DNA of 63,773 nt, filler included, from Sphacelaria rigidula (lineage: Eukaryota), in NCBI GenBank assembly GCA_964200075.2. It is 10 parts of 10 records of this genome, joined end to end, with 100 filler letters (N's around TTAATTAATTAA, not from the genome) between each part and the next. Parts side by side here need not be neighbours in the genome. Positions count along the whole stretch, not along the records: positions 31,939 to 38,225 come from CAXNAA020021002.1; positions 38,326 to 44,612 come from CAXNAA020021003.1; positions 44,713 to 50,999 come from CAXNAA020021004.1; 7 more parts are not named here. One strand, 5' to 3'. The notes under the pieces are model-generated. The model ran no database searches, had not been told where the DNA came from, and worked only from the letters and a program-made list of their open reading frames with translations. Positions 35,943 to 48,047 of this stretch are shown in pieces. The translations under genes and the position numbers were made by a program. Position 1 is the stretch's first letter. Every line of letters begins with the position of its first letter.

Positions 35943-36292
35943 TGTGTTATCGTGTAGCCATCCCATTTATTCTGCACGTCCGTCGACGCCTTTCGGTATA
36001 TGTGGGCGGACCAGCCGGGGTCACACAGGAGGAAGGCCAACACAAGAGTCTCTTTTTGTTTTTGCTTTACTTCTCCACCTTACTCCTGTGGTGCTTGCCT
36101 ATTTTTTTCATCGCGACAGGGGTTCAGCACTCCCTTTCCCTCGTCGACCATGAAGGCGAATTTTGTGCACGCACGACACAGTCGCTCTCAATTGTTGGGC
36201 ATTGTGAGAAAAAATCCTAGATCGCTCTGACATTTGAACCGACCAATCGTCAGACGGTTTCGAGGGCACCAACGAAGCCACCGGGGCGACCG
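35943..36292 (-). mobile_element. tRNA-derived SINE, second copy
   Basis: Reverse complement is collinear with 11098-11458 (CCGGTGGCTTCGTTGG head, GGTTCAAAT B box, GGTCGACGAGGGAAAGGGA core, GTTGGCCTTCCT.CTGTGTGACC). Confidence 0.8.
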
Positions 36293-37043
36293 ATTATGCT
36301 TCTACATGGATCGGGCGTCCTCTGAAAGCTTTGCCATGTTTTTCGAAAGGATTTTACCGCGTTTCCTCGATTTTTCATAGGCCCGATTTTTTTTGGGGGG
36401 GAGGGGGCGGATCCCCAGTTTATTCAGTCGCAGCGAAAATCATCAAGCTGTCGGGGAAACAGTAATTTTTCCGGACAACTCGAGTATTTTTGCGGCGACT
36501 GAAAAATCGGGAGCCTGGCCAAAAACAAAACTGGGTGCACGAATGATTGGGAAAATGCGCTATTATATCAAAAGCTGAGCATATCTAGCAGAGGACACCC
36601 AATCCGCCAAGGTTCGTATTCCGCTCGGAATCCGCGATGAAAGGATAAAAACGGCAGTTCTCAGAGATTTCGTTTTCAGGCCATAAGAAGAAGCGGCCTT
36701 AGGCTACTTCTCATGCATCGAAAAAGCCGTTTTTCGGCAGCATGTTTTTCAACATAATATTTCGAAGGAGCCCTTCTTACGTGATTGCCGCTATCAACAT
36801 TGGAAGAGTAGTTTTCATCGTTCGCTACAGGGCGTGTGGATACAATGTCAAATTCTGAGGCGTGCGAGAGAGACACAGCACTCTGCTGTCGTGTCGTGGT
36901 GTACGGTCCGCACTGTCTCTTTGTACTACTGTAATATATTGACCGAGCAATACACGGTGGGCTGAGTGACGCAATCAACGAGCAAGAAGAACACAACCTT
37001 GCTGTACCAAGTGACTGTAGAGCTGATGGTTGGGCTCTTCGGC

Positions 37044-37500
37044 TACACCGTAGTACTCGATCGTACGGACAGCAAGGGCAACAGCACAGACAGTGCTGTA
37101 ATATATGCATTGGCTGTAGTACAACAACAGTAGCATTATCCATACTCTTGGGTGCACTGTCAGTAGTGTCCTGTATCTACAAGACTTGGTGCGTAGGCAG
37201 TCTGTACTGCAAAGCGAGGTCTGCCCGCAACACGTTGCATGCACAGACCTGAACTGAGCTGCAATGTCGCTGCACCGTAGTACTCGATTGAACGGGCAGC
37301 ACGGACAACAGTACAGACAGTACTGTGTTGTATGCATTGGATGTACTACAGAGTAGAACCACTCATCTTTTAGTCTTGTGTGTGCCGTCAGTCCGGCCCT
37401 GTCTCTACAAGGCTTGAGTGCGTGGGCAGTCTGTAAGACATTGCGACGGCCGTTCGCAACACGCTAGGTGCACAGATCTGGACAGAGCTACAATATTGTA
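37044..37500. repeat. ~228-bp tandem duplication
   Basis: CACCGTAGTACTCGAT...TATGCATTGG.TGTA...TCTACAAG.CTTG.GTGCGT.GGCAGTCTGTA...CGCAACACG occurs twice. Confidence 0.8.
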
Positions 37501-38225
37501 CCGACTATATATAGTCTGCTGTCCTGCCAGTACAGCACTCGTCATCGACCTTGCCCTCCGCTGTTGTTCTCATGGGGTAAAGGGCCACCACGCTACTGGC
37601 AAGCGAAGGACAATCCTGCAACACGCTGAATGCCCGCGAGCACCAGCGACAGCAGTAGTGATGGCAGCCGAGCCATCACAGGTGCTGTCGTGGGCTATCA
37701 CGTGTGTTCAAACGCTTTTTCAATAACATTTTTCGATAGCCCAAGGTTAAAAGAACATCACGATTTTGTGATAACTTTGGGTAATCGAAAAATATCATCA
37801 CATAACTTCCTCTGAGAAAACGCGTTTTCTGATCACATAGTAAATGCGTTTCTGGTCATTTATCAGAAAACGCGTTTTTTTATGGAGGTTTTGTGATACA
37901 TTCGAAGTAGCGTAAGAGTCGGAAGTATACCAAGGAGTCCTAATTTCTACACTTCATGAATAAATTCTTGACGGTAGCAGCAAAAGGTTTTGGTTTATCC
38001 ATCGACTTACCACATTTCCTGTTAGCGCCAAAAAATTGAATTCGCAAACTGTTAATATAATGCCCATTTTCTTACAAGTTGACTCAGCCTGGGTGCGAAT
38101 TTGTAATTTGTAGGCCCCATCTCACCTCAATTTTGAGAGTAGGACTTTCAAATTTAACAGCCGATCCTAATTTTTGGGGTTGAAACATAAAATGACGTTG
38201 AAGTCCCATCCCTCCATTGCAGGGA

Positions 38226-38325
38226 NNNNNNNNNNNNNNNNNNNNNNNNNNNNNNNNNNNNNNNNNNNNTTAATTAATTAANNNNNNNNNNNNNNNNNNN
38301 NNNNNNNNNNNNNNNNNNNNNNNNN
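38226..38325. other. Artificial contig linker
   Basis: Same 100-nt linker. Confidence 0.99.
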
Positions 38326-40933
38326 AACCTCCTACAGTGTCCCCTAGCTCGACTCTGTACACGAGTCACCCTACCCATCCGGGCGTCGGTCCTCAGGTTC
38401 TCAGCCCTTTATCCAGGTGTCGCATGCCATTGTGTTCGGAGGAAACAAATCGCGAACTGTTGAACGACCGAATAGCGTATTCGCCGCTTGCGTCGTTTTA
38501 AAGATCGATCTCTAATAATTCGATAACCACTCGAGAAATGCCTCGTTTTTCACCGATCGATTGCATCTTCCCTCCCGGCAATTTTATGCCTCAAGTTTAT
38601 CAAATGAAATTGAATGTCTGGCAGGGGCACAGGCCGTTTTCCTTGAATCCAAGACCAAACCATTGCTGTTCAGCGCGTTTTTTGTAGATTTCCCTCACAC
38701 ACATCTGTTCAACCCGGCCTTGCTGTTCCTTTCATCCGCCCGTCACATTGGTTTCCATCCCGGGCGAGGAGACAGAAAATTCGGCAAAAAATCAAATCCG
38801 ACGCCATCTCCAGTTATTGTTTTTTCGTCCCGATTTGACGGTGTCTGTACGGTCACTTCACCCGTCAGGTTTTGGACGGGCCTCAATGTGCCACCAAAAT
38901 ATGTTATTCTTGACTGAACAACTCGAGTTTTTTTTATCCCTCCAACACTGAAGTGGCCCATCTTCGCCTCCAGTCATTTCGCGCCCGCCCAAGTCCCGAA
39001 TCGACCTCGATTGTAGGTGCGCGTTCGTCAGATCGTGCGTGTTACGTTACTCGGTAGTCGTCGTTCGGCTGCCAGTTATCAATCAACCATGCCTTGCGTT
39101 GCCGTCTGCTCGCCGTCGATGTGTATTTTCTCGTCACCGTCCACGACACAACCGAAATATGAAGACTTTGTCAGGAAAACGGACGGACAGAGTGCATCAT
39201 CAGAGGACGGAAGCCATTGCGTCGCAAGAGTACCAGGGTCGCTCTTTCCCGCGCTGAAGAGGGCCCTATTGCTGTGGGGCGGCGGGAAGGAACAGAATCG
39301 GACGCAGGTGCCGCAAATGCCTCGAGGCAGGTCACGACACCCGAGCAAGGAGAGGTTGGCCTGGGTCCGCTCAAAAGGTGACAGTGTGACTAACCCCCAG
39401 TCACTGTTGTGTGCGCCCCAACTGCCAAGGGCACAAGACTGTATCACGTTCTCCAATGCGCAGAAGGCGAACGCCCCTGTCGGCACATGAAGTGGTGTCT
39501 ACATGGACAACTCTAGGTTGCTGCAGTTCACAGAGGCCATCTATGTCTGCGGTATCAGATGGCAAATGTGATTAGGTTACTTCGACACGCTCGTCAGGTG
39601 GGTCGAAGTTCTACGGCATAGTAACCTTGAGAAAACAAACGATACGGAGAGACTACCCGGAGGAAGACGGGCCGCTCGTTCCAACCAGTGGCTTACCTTC
39701 GGGCGCTCCATCAATCACGCAAGTTGTAAAACGGCCAGTGTATCGTGGAGTTTGCGGACGATTGAAGACGGGCTTATCTTTGCTCTACCTCAACTATGCA
39801 TAGTACCTTCTCTTGGTTAAGGTAACTACTCTGAGAGTATCAAACACTCTGCGAGCGCCATGGCCACGTATTTCGAAGTCATCTGTTCAAACGGTTTTGC
39901 AGTATGTTGTGTTTGTTTGCCCACCGTGCACAGACTCGGCTGACTTCGCTGGAAATCCCGCCATAAAGGACATGCTGGGCAAGGGTTCTCTCGCCCCCCG
40001 TTGGAGGAACATAAATACACAGACATGTATTTTTTTCTTCCTACATCAAAATCACCACCGTTCGCCCGGGCCATTAGCACTCTCGGGTTGTTCCTTGAAA
40101 TTGCTTTCTTGGAACCCTGTGCACGTTTTGAGATGAACCTCAACTTTTGTGGAAACCCGATATGTCTGCCAAGCAGGCGCGCACTGAGAGAGAAGAGCCA
40201 CCCGAGAATCGACTTTTGTTTGATTTGGGCTTCCGTCGTGTAAAGGAACACCTTCATGATTTTTGCCCCCGCAAAAACATTGGTTTTGTACAAATCGCAC
40301 AGTTGATAAGAACACGCCACATACAGTGTGTTTTCTCGGCATTCTATAGGCACATCAAAATGGTATATATATGGTGCACCCGTGTCCCGAGAGAAAAAAA
40401 AAACGGCGTTTTTTCACGTCGTAGGCCCCGCGCGTGAGAGATGAAGTTGTCAACCAAAACTACATCAAATTACAACAGCCTACACCGCACCTATCTTGGG
40501 TCATATTTCCTCAAATACATCTGATGTGGTCTTCCTTTGCCCCAACCCTTGTTTTTGATCTACTCTCCCACTACAGTCCTTTCGAGGTATGTGGCGGGTC
40601 ACGCCCATACCTCTTGTAGTCAGCACGTGCGGCTCTCCATACGCACAGAACAGGTATCCGCGGCGCCTGCAGAACCGATCATTAGCGCATAACGCGCCGA
40701 AATTTCAGGTGCCAAGTCGAGACGGTCACCTCCGCGTGTTGATATTTGCACTCATATACAATATGTAGGACTGTAGGGGTTTGGACGATAACTTCCGAAC
40801 GGCAATGAGTCACGGAATGCGACCCTCACGCTTTTATTTTCGCCGCGGAGGTTACCCGCTCAGAAAGTTTGGTCAAATTCGCAGTACTGTCTTTTCCGTG
40901 GTAAGTCTTCAGAAGAGCCAACCCACAAATGTC

Positions 40934-41213
40934 CGCGGTTTGGAGGAATCAGAGGCTTCGAACGGGTTGACTCTTTATGAATGTTGAGTGAAATCATGTA
41001 GCGAAGGGTTATCCGGTATGAATCAAGGATGGCAAAGTTGTACGTTCAAGGTCGTGCCGCACGAATCACGGACTGGGAATGTGTACACTCCAGGTTGGAT
41101 GTGCCACACGAACCAAGAGCGCAGAATATCTACGAATCACAATTCCTGTATGAATCATTGGTGGGAACAATTACACTTGATTCATTTCGTATGAATCGGA
41201 GGTGGGAAACATG
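40934..41213. mobile_element. Terminal fragment of the 411-2004 element family (inverted)
   Basis: ATCCGGTATGAATCAAGGATGGCAAAGTTGTACGTTCAAGG...TGGGAATGTGTACAC matches the reverse complement of ~1850-2004. Confidence 0.8.
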
Positions 41214-41470
41214 CACACGTCGGACAGCTCATGAGCTACCTAAATATTACTTCTTATTAGTGTACTGATCCGGATCACGAGCTAGCTCATGTGATCGCTT
41301 TTTCCATATTTTCTCCCTACAGCGCTGGACACCGAGCACGCGGAGAAGCGCAAAGGTAGCGCTTTGGCTTCTCGGGCCCTGCTGTCACGTAATTTGTGTT
41401 TTTGGATGAGTAATCTGAGAGTCCCCTTCGATTTGTTATTTTCGGTAGCTCATGAGCTGTCCGACGTGTG
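41214..41470. mobile_element. 257-bp MITE with a perfect 27-bp TIR
   Basis: CACACGTCGGACAGCTCATGAGCTACC / GGTAGCTCATGAGCTGTCCGACGTGTG; no clear TSD. Confidence 0.8.
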
Positions 41471-41852
41471 GATAATTGTAGCCCAACGCCGGTAAACTCT
41501 ACTGGCCTCGCTACACCGAGCCTCACAGCAGTGTGTACAGTAGTGCGGGCCCTGCTGACGAATCCTTCCCACAGCAGGTAATAACATATGAATTTTCTTA
41601 TTTTGCCGTTAGGACAAGCGGTGGTACATTCCTCAGCTCCGGTACCCACCCCACCACACTCAAACCCAATAAATAAGTATCCTTGATAAAAAAAAAAGGC
41701 CCTTCAAGTCGTTTCTAAAAACTCGGACCTCTTTCATGAGCATACCTTCTGGCTGAATGTTGGAATATCATTATTTTTTGTCGGTCTCTAGAACACTTTG
41801 TTTGGATGACCGCTGGCTGGGTCCGCCTCTCTGTTTCCCGTGCCGCATGCAG

Positions 41853-44465
41853 ACGGCTACGCCGGAGGATGTGGAAAGATCCGACCGCGAGTTAGCGAGG
41901 CTGTTCGTTGAGATGTTTGACGTCATCGGAGAGCAAGTGGTGAGCTGGTTTTTTTTTAGCGGAGAGGAGGGGGCGGTGGTTCGCACACATGAAGCATAAT
42001 TCTGATGCTGTTTGATGGTGTAGGTCTATTTGTGCGAAGGATGGTTAAGCTTACGTACCAGTGTTGGTGGGTTTGACGCAAGTGTAACGCTGGCATGGAA
42101 TGGCTGGGTTTTTGATTACGTCAGATTTGTGTGCAAGTTCCAGCGTATGAAGATCCCAGTCAGAGGGCATTGACGTGACGTTTTTTCTGTTCTTGATTTT
42201 TTCCTAGCTGCCAGTACCACCTTCGAAAACATGAACACGCCTTGTGTTCGTATGACCCTGATCCACGATGACAAGTGTGTGCGAAGCAAAGCGAGTGAGC
42301 CAAAATACTTTCCTTCGCGTACAACATATCCTTTGTACTACGTCTCAAGGCTTCGCATGCACACCCACCCACCCATCACCCCATGTGCAAAGGACATAAG
42401 GCACATTCCTTTTTCATTACACCGGACCCCCGGGGGTGGGGGTGGGGGGGCGTACTCATTTGTTGCTTGCCTTAGTCATGCGACCCCTGGGAGGTCAGTT
42501 AAAGTGCGACAATCAATCAAATCAATCAATTACAGTTGTTGCCCACATGGCACATGACCCTAGCATACACTCTACCCACACTCCACGTGGGGCGCTACTC
42601 ACAGGAACAAATCCCCCCAAAATGAATCTCCCACACACAAATCTACCAAAAAACAACTATACCAAAAAACAAATCTACTACAAATGATGTATACCAAAAT
42701 TGAATCTACCATAGAAGAACAAAAATCTACTGAAAACAAGTATACCAAAAAGCGAATTTACCAAAACAAAAATCTACCAACAACAAAATCTTCGAAAAAA
42801 AAATTCTATCAAACCCAACACGAACAGGTGATCGCATTCCCCACGGACCAAGACGCACAAAAAGCGCGCAACGTCTGGGATCAGGGTACCCCGTACAAGG
42901 GGCGGGTGACCTCCATGAACCCCAGAGGCGACAGGAGCCCCAAGCTCAAGCGAGGGGACACCGCCGCTTTGATGGCATATGCATCAGCAGCAGAGGCGAA
43001 GCAAAAACTCAAGAGAGCCGCTGCTGCGGCGAAAAGGAAGGGCAAGAAGGGGGGCGGTGGCCCCAAGGCAGGGAGTGTGAAGGCAGAAGCGGGCGATGGG
43101 GAAGGGGAGGGGGGGGGAGGAGAGGGGCAAGCGAAAGCATTGACGAGTAAGATTGCGCCTCCCGGCACAGAGGTGCTGTTGGTGGTTGCGCCCAAGCAGC
43201 AAGAACTATCCGTGAGTCTCTAGGCTTTTTGGTTTGCGATTTTTTTGGTACGTACGTTTGCTTTTTTTCATGTTTTTGTCTTCTCTTATCTTGATTTTGG
43301 TGAGGTTGAGGTGGTTGGATTGCGTCTCTAGTCGGGTTTGGCTTGGCGTGCGGTTCGATTGCGTGTGTTCCATCCTTGTATTTTTTGGTGAAGAGCGACG
43401 GTCGGACGAGTATAGTAATGGTTCGCCTGAAGATTACTTTGCTTTGTAGAGCAGTTGATTCGTACCATGCGAATCAAATCCCTTGGCTTTTTTTTTTGTG
43501 TGTTCATCATCGTTGCGCCTCAGGTTCGCGCACCTCAGGCACGTGGAATAGCGCAAGAATTGTGTGGACTTTTCATTTTACCCGCGACAGTTTTTACGAT
43601 GCGCCCCCCACAAGAAAAAAAACAGCTCAAAACTGCTATGGAGAAAATGGTCATTCAGCACCTGACGGTCGGTTTCAAGCTGTAAGAAGCGCCTCATTTG
43701 GGCGACATTGGCAAAAACGAACCCAAGCGCGGGGATTCCCAGCTGCTCGTTGTGTTCGGCTTTCTTCATTTCGATATGCGTGTAGATTTTGCCTCCCCAA
43801 ACCAGCCACTTTTTTTGGGGGGGGACGGGGGGGGTGCTATCGCAGAAAGTGTCCTGCGGTGTCTTTTTTTTCTTTCGTGCAATCAGGCCTCAGAAATTGT
43901 AGATTTGGTGATTCGAACCAGTGATGATTCGTCTGACCCTTTGGTACCTAAAGGGTGCCTCACTGGGAGATTGATTGTTGCACATTAAACTGTTTCCGCT
44001 ACCAGTCCAGGCGAGTGTGTGGCCGTTCCCGTGCTACTAGTACTGATCCCGTCTAGCTTCTTCACATGGGGTGATGAACTCCGTGTTGCCGTGTTTTCGC
44101 GTTTTGGAGGCACCAACCCCGAGCAACTGTGGCTCCTCCGTTGGTGTGTGTGTGTGTGTGTGTGTGTGTTGCCGTGCCGCTCATTGCCACTGATCAATGT
44201 CTTCCCTTCTGTCACGTGTACGATGTGTGCGATCCCGGCTGATGCGCCCACATATCTCGAAAGGGGCAGACTGGCGCCCAGAATAAATGGGACGACAACA
44301 CACACACACCGATGATTCTGTCATCCTGTTTCCTTGTCCCTGCTTGTGCAGGTGGTGGAGATGATATCCAAGGAGCTGGGGCAGGGATGCCTCATAGTCT
44401 TGTTGAATGCCCGTTTACACCAGGCGTCATTCTCCAGCGAAAGTCAGCGACAATTCTTTGAACAG
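41853..44465 (+). CDS. DUF1995-family protein, three internal exons (41853-41939, 42828-43211, 44352-44465)
   Basis: All phase 0. Spliced SDRELARLFVEMFDVIGEQV-VIAFPTDQDAQKARNVW...EVLLVVAPKQQELS-VVEMISKELGQGCLIVLLNARL fits the DUF1995 pattern I recall (FP+...A..A...W; +VVAP; ++LN.RL). The last donor is GC. Confidence 0.75.
42431..42530 (+). repeat. Short copy of the poly-G-head/(AATC)n-tail repeat with head joined to tail
   Basis: (G)n CGTACTCATTTGTTGCTTGCCTTAGTCATGCGACC joined to CCTGGGAGGTCAGTTAAAGTGCGAC(AATC)n. Confidence 0.85.
42605..42815. repeat. A/C-rich minisatellite (AAATCTACCAAAAAAC-like) directly before a splice acceptor
   Basis: About a dozen degenerate units; source of the spurious N-terminus of ORF 42684-43223. 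Confidence 0.75.
43581..43859. mobile_element. MITE; second copy at 44713-44937 in the next contig
   Basis: GACAGTTTTTACGATGCGCCCCCC / GGGGGGTGCTATCGCAGAAAGTGTC ends; internal sequence collinear with 44725-44937. Confidence 0.75.
44231..44309 (+). mobile_element. 5'-truncated fragment of the tRNA-derived SINE
   Basis: CGGCTGATGCGCCCACATAT..GAAAGG...ACTGGCGCCCAGAATAAATGGGACGACAAC(AC)n matches the SINE 3' end. Confidence 0.75.
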
Positions 44466-44612
44466 GCGAGATCTCGGTATGAGCACCTCCGTGCAGCAGT
44501 CGTACAGTAGTCAAATCATCGCCCGTGCGTTGTTCGTGCCCGAAGTAGCAGGTCCGCTTCTCTGCCCCTCCCTTCGTACTCTACTTCCGTCCGTCTGTAG
44601 CTGCCCCTCTTT

Positions 44613-44712
44613 NNNNNNNNNNNNNNNNNNNNNNNNNNNNNNNNNNNNNNNNNNNNTTAATTAATTAANNNNNNNNNNNNNNNNNNNNNNNNNNNNNNNN
44701 NNNNNNNNNNNN
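44613..44712. other. Artificial contig linker
   Basis: Same 100-nt linker. Confidence 0.99.
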
Positions 44713-45909
44713 CCCCCTCCCCCCCAAAGCAGCTCCAAACTTTCACGAAAAAAATGGTCATACAGCGCCTGATGTTTGGTTTCAGGCTGCATGAAACACC
44801 TCATATGGGCGACATCGGCGATAACGAACCCAAGCTTGGGGATTCGTAGCTGCTCGTTGTGCTCGGCTTGTTTCATTTCGACGTATTTCATCCCCACACC
44901 GGCCACTTTTGGGGGGGGGGCTATCGTAGGAAGTGTCATAATATGTGGTTGGCACGTACATCTTTGGGTAACGGCGAGCAGACCTCAAACGTTTCCCACC
45001 ACCTGCTTTGCATATCCTTAGTGTGACCTCGAGGTGTTTCACTTTTCGTTGTACAGGTTCCTGGCTCCCGCGTTACTCTGAGCGTTTGCGTGTTGTCGGC
45101 TCATCACCCCAAAGTCGAAAATTCTTGGAACCCTGACTATATCCATCTGCACTCATGAAAGCTGTCTCAAGATTCCAGTTTTGGGGGGCAAAAATTGTCT
45201 TCTTTTGCTTGTTTGTGGACGACCTCTTACCCAAGTTGAGATGTGCACTACCCACGCGTGCCAACAGTTTCAAAGATGTATCCATCTCTGTGCTGATGCT
45301 TTTGTGGCTTTAGGGTATACCATGGCCCTGGCCTGCACGTTGGGACGGGAGTCTTGATGCTGTGGAGTACCCACGCAGATCTTTCACCCCCCTACCCCCC
45401 CGCCCCCCCCCCCTCGTGCTTCCTCGATTTTTGGCTTTTGATCAATTTGTTCAACCTCCGATGCAGCTAGGTGAAACGCCTCAAAACGTTTGTGCTCATG
45501 TGCTTCTGGTGTTGAGGCAACACATTTTCCCAATCTTATTATCTCGATACAGACGTCGTTTCCAACCACTCCTCGCAGTTTACGATGATCCCTCTTGCTC
45601 ACTCTGGTCGCTTCTTCCTGTGTATGCGTGTCGGCTCTTCGGTCCCCCATCCGTCTACCTCGAATGCACCGTGCAGCGAGGATCTCGGACTGCACAGCTA
45701 CATGCTCTTTTACGAGGTGTGTTGTAATAGTACAATAGTCCTCGGTATGATTGTTCCCGGTCGTTCGGCGGCACTGTCGTCGCCTGTGTGCTTGCTTGTG
45801 TGTGCTTGATTCTGGAGGATCGGTTTCGTGTTCGTTTTTCCCGGCTGGCAGGTATGTCGCACCCTATTCACTGAACGTGCCGGGAGTGTTGGACGTTCGG
45901 CGCCGTAAA

Positions 45910-45980
45910 ATTGATTTGATTGATTCGATTGATTGTCGCGCTTCAACTGACCCCCCAGGGAAAGGCACGTTTATCATGAT
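45910..45980 (-). repeat. 3' tail of the (AATC)n-tailed repeat
   Basis: Reverse complement reads TATCATG...CCTGGGGGGTCAGTTGAAGCGCGAC(AATC)n. Confidence 0.8.
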
Positions 45981-47110
45981 ACTTGACTTGCCTTTTGATC
46001 TCGCGGGGAGGGCGGAGCCTTTCCCGCCCGCGTCGGCCCCCATCTCCAGTCCGCCGAATCAGGTGCTCACTCACACGTGCCCCATCTTCATCAATGTGCT
46101 CCCCGTGACAGTATCCCAACTAACTCCGGGTAGAACGCTGCAGCTGTAGGGTTCAATTTGGTTCCCAGTACACGGTAAAACTCCGAAGCTGCGGGGTAGA
46201 GCCTGGAGGTCAGCACTGTCTGCACGACCCACTGCCTAGACTGTGTGTTACATCACCGCTGACACGAAACACAGGCTATTCTGTAGGTCAAGTTGCTGTA
46301 ACCTAGTTGTCGGTTGTACCATCGGTGGAGGTAGCTTACCCCGACACAACCACCCCCGTCGGGTGATGGCCGGGGGAGGAGAGAGAGATTTTGGACTTGA
46401 TATTTTCGCCCCAAACCTCTCGCCGTGCCCCCCTCTCGCCAGCGAGAATGGCGTAGTTATTAGGATGAATATTAAGCAAATATATTTCCTAGTACGACGT
46501 AGTTCGTGGGCGGTTCCTAGAAACAAACTGGGCTAGAAAAAAGGTCCCCGTAGGGTTTTACTCTGTTACCCCGGGTATCATGTCTGCCTGTACGGGTGAC
46601 GTTTGGCGATGTTCGTGAAAGTGAGCAAACAATATAAAATGTATTTGCAGCCTCACAACAGTTTATTGTTTAGTGAAGTGAGAGCTCTGCTTTAACATTT
46701 CCTCATGTGCTGGGATGGCAGGTGCCCAGACCGCACTCTTTTTGAGGTATGGATCAGGACAGGTGACCCGAATTTTACGTAAGAAAGTTGTATATGTTTG
46801 GTCAAGCGTTGGGTGTCATCGCCTGTTCATTTAAGACTGCGGCGCATGAAACTTGAACGTGTCGTGAGATTGAGAGGTATGCACTGTAGCTGCATCAATT
46901 TCGAGAACACAAGGGACACCATCAACATGCATACTGACGTTGGGGTCAAATCGGTGGGTACGTGCATGTGTGCTATATTTGCAAATATTAATTTTATTGC
47001 CAATTCATATAATGGCCGCAGCGGTCGAGGCGATGTTTCCTAACGTTTCTATATTTTTTGCGTGTGCTTACTCCGCCTTCCCGTTTTGCCTTCTCCGCAT
47101 CTTCGTCTAG

Positions 47111-48047
47111 CTGGTAACGCTGAACCTGGACGAGGTCGTGAAGGCACAGGTATGTTGAGCGTTTCGTTTTTGCTCGCTGACTTCTTGCAAGAACCCGGTT
47201 CATGTTTCCTTGAAGAGTCGAATTGAACACGTGGCCGACGCTTCTCTAATTCGAGAGACAAGACAGTACGGGCGTTAGTGCCTCCTTCCGTGTTCTTGAT
47301 TGCAGAAGGGGGTGGGATGTGTTAGCTCCAGGCAGGGTCTCTTGTTTTTGTCATTATATACGCGTGTTGAGCTACTACCCTTCTTTTTGCCGGTAGGAGA
47401 CATGCTGCTGACCCATCAGCCTAACCGAGAGCGTACGCATATTCAACAGCCCTCATTATGTATGTTTCAAACTGCCGAGTTGTAATCCTGGTTGTGCCGC
47501 CGTATTCCACACGTATTGGATCATTGTAGTTGTAGCTACTGTTGGGTGTCCTGTAAAATTGTTGGAACACTGTTTATATGCACGGATCTGAGGGCTTGGG
47601 GAAAGCTTTCGAACCTACTTCGTACATGATACTGATATATATGACTGAAGTTTGATGTCTTGTCTGCTATTAAGCAATCACCCTTGACTACATATGCCCC
47701 CCTCCCCCCCCCCCCCCCTCCTATGCCCCCCTTTTGTTTTTTTCCGCCTCTTATGAATAGCTGGTTCATTGTTCGCATTTTCCCTTGCGTTTTCCATCAG
47801 GGGTTACTGTTTACTGTCGGAGTGTTCGCTCCGCCCCTCCCCCCGCGACCCATTTCTCTGATTCTTTTCCCGCTGTTTTATGTCGGCTGTGCTTGTCTGC
47901 CAGGCGGGGGAAAGTTACCGTCTGATCGAAACCCAACAGGACTACGAGTTCGCGCAGCAGGTGCAGCAGCGATACGACAACAGGGTCGCATCAATGAACG
48001 AGTGGGGTCCCAGGGGCCAAGGCTCTGATATGTGCTCCATCTCTTGA
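47111..48047 (+). CDS. 3' end of an unknown gene ending in a CaaX box (exons 47111-47149, 47940-48047)
   Basis: CTAG|LVTLNLDEVVKAQ|GTATGT and ACAG|DYEFAQQVQQRYDNRVASMNEWGPRGQGSDMCSIS*; both phase 0. Not in the ORF track. Confidence 0.65.

Noticed and set aside
39017..39810. Coding-looking GC-rich stretch
   Set aside because: I could not build a consistent exon chain or recognise a domain; it may be the last exons or UTR of an upstream gene.
45073..45695. Minus-strand ORFs around a poly-C run
   Set aside because: Stops break every frame and there is no motif; a homopolymer error cannot be excluded.
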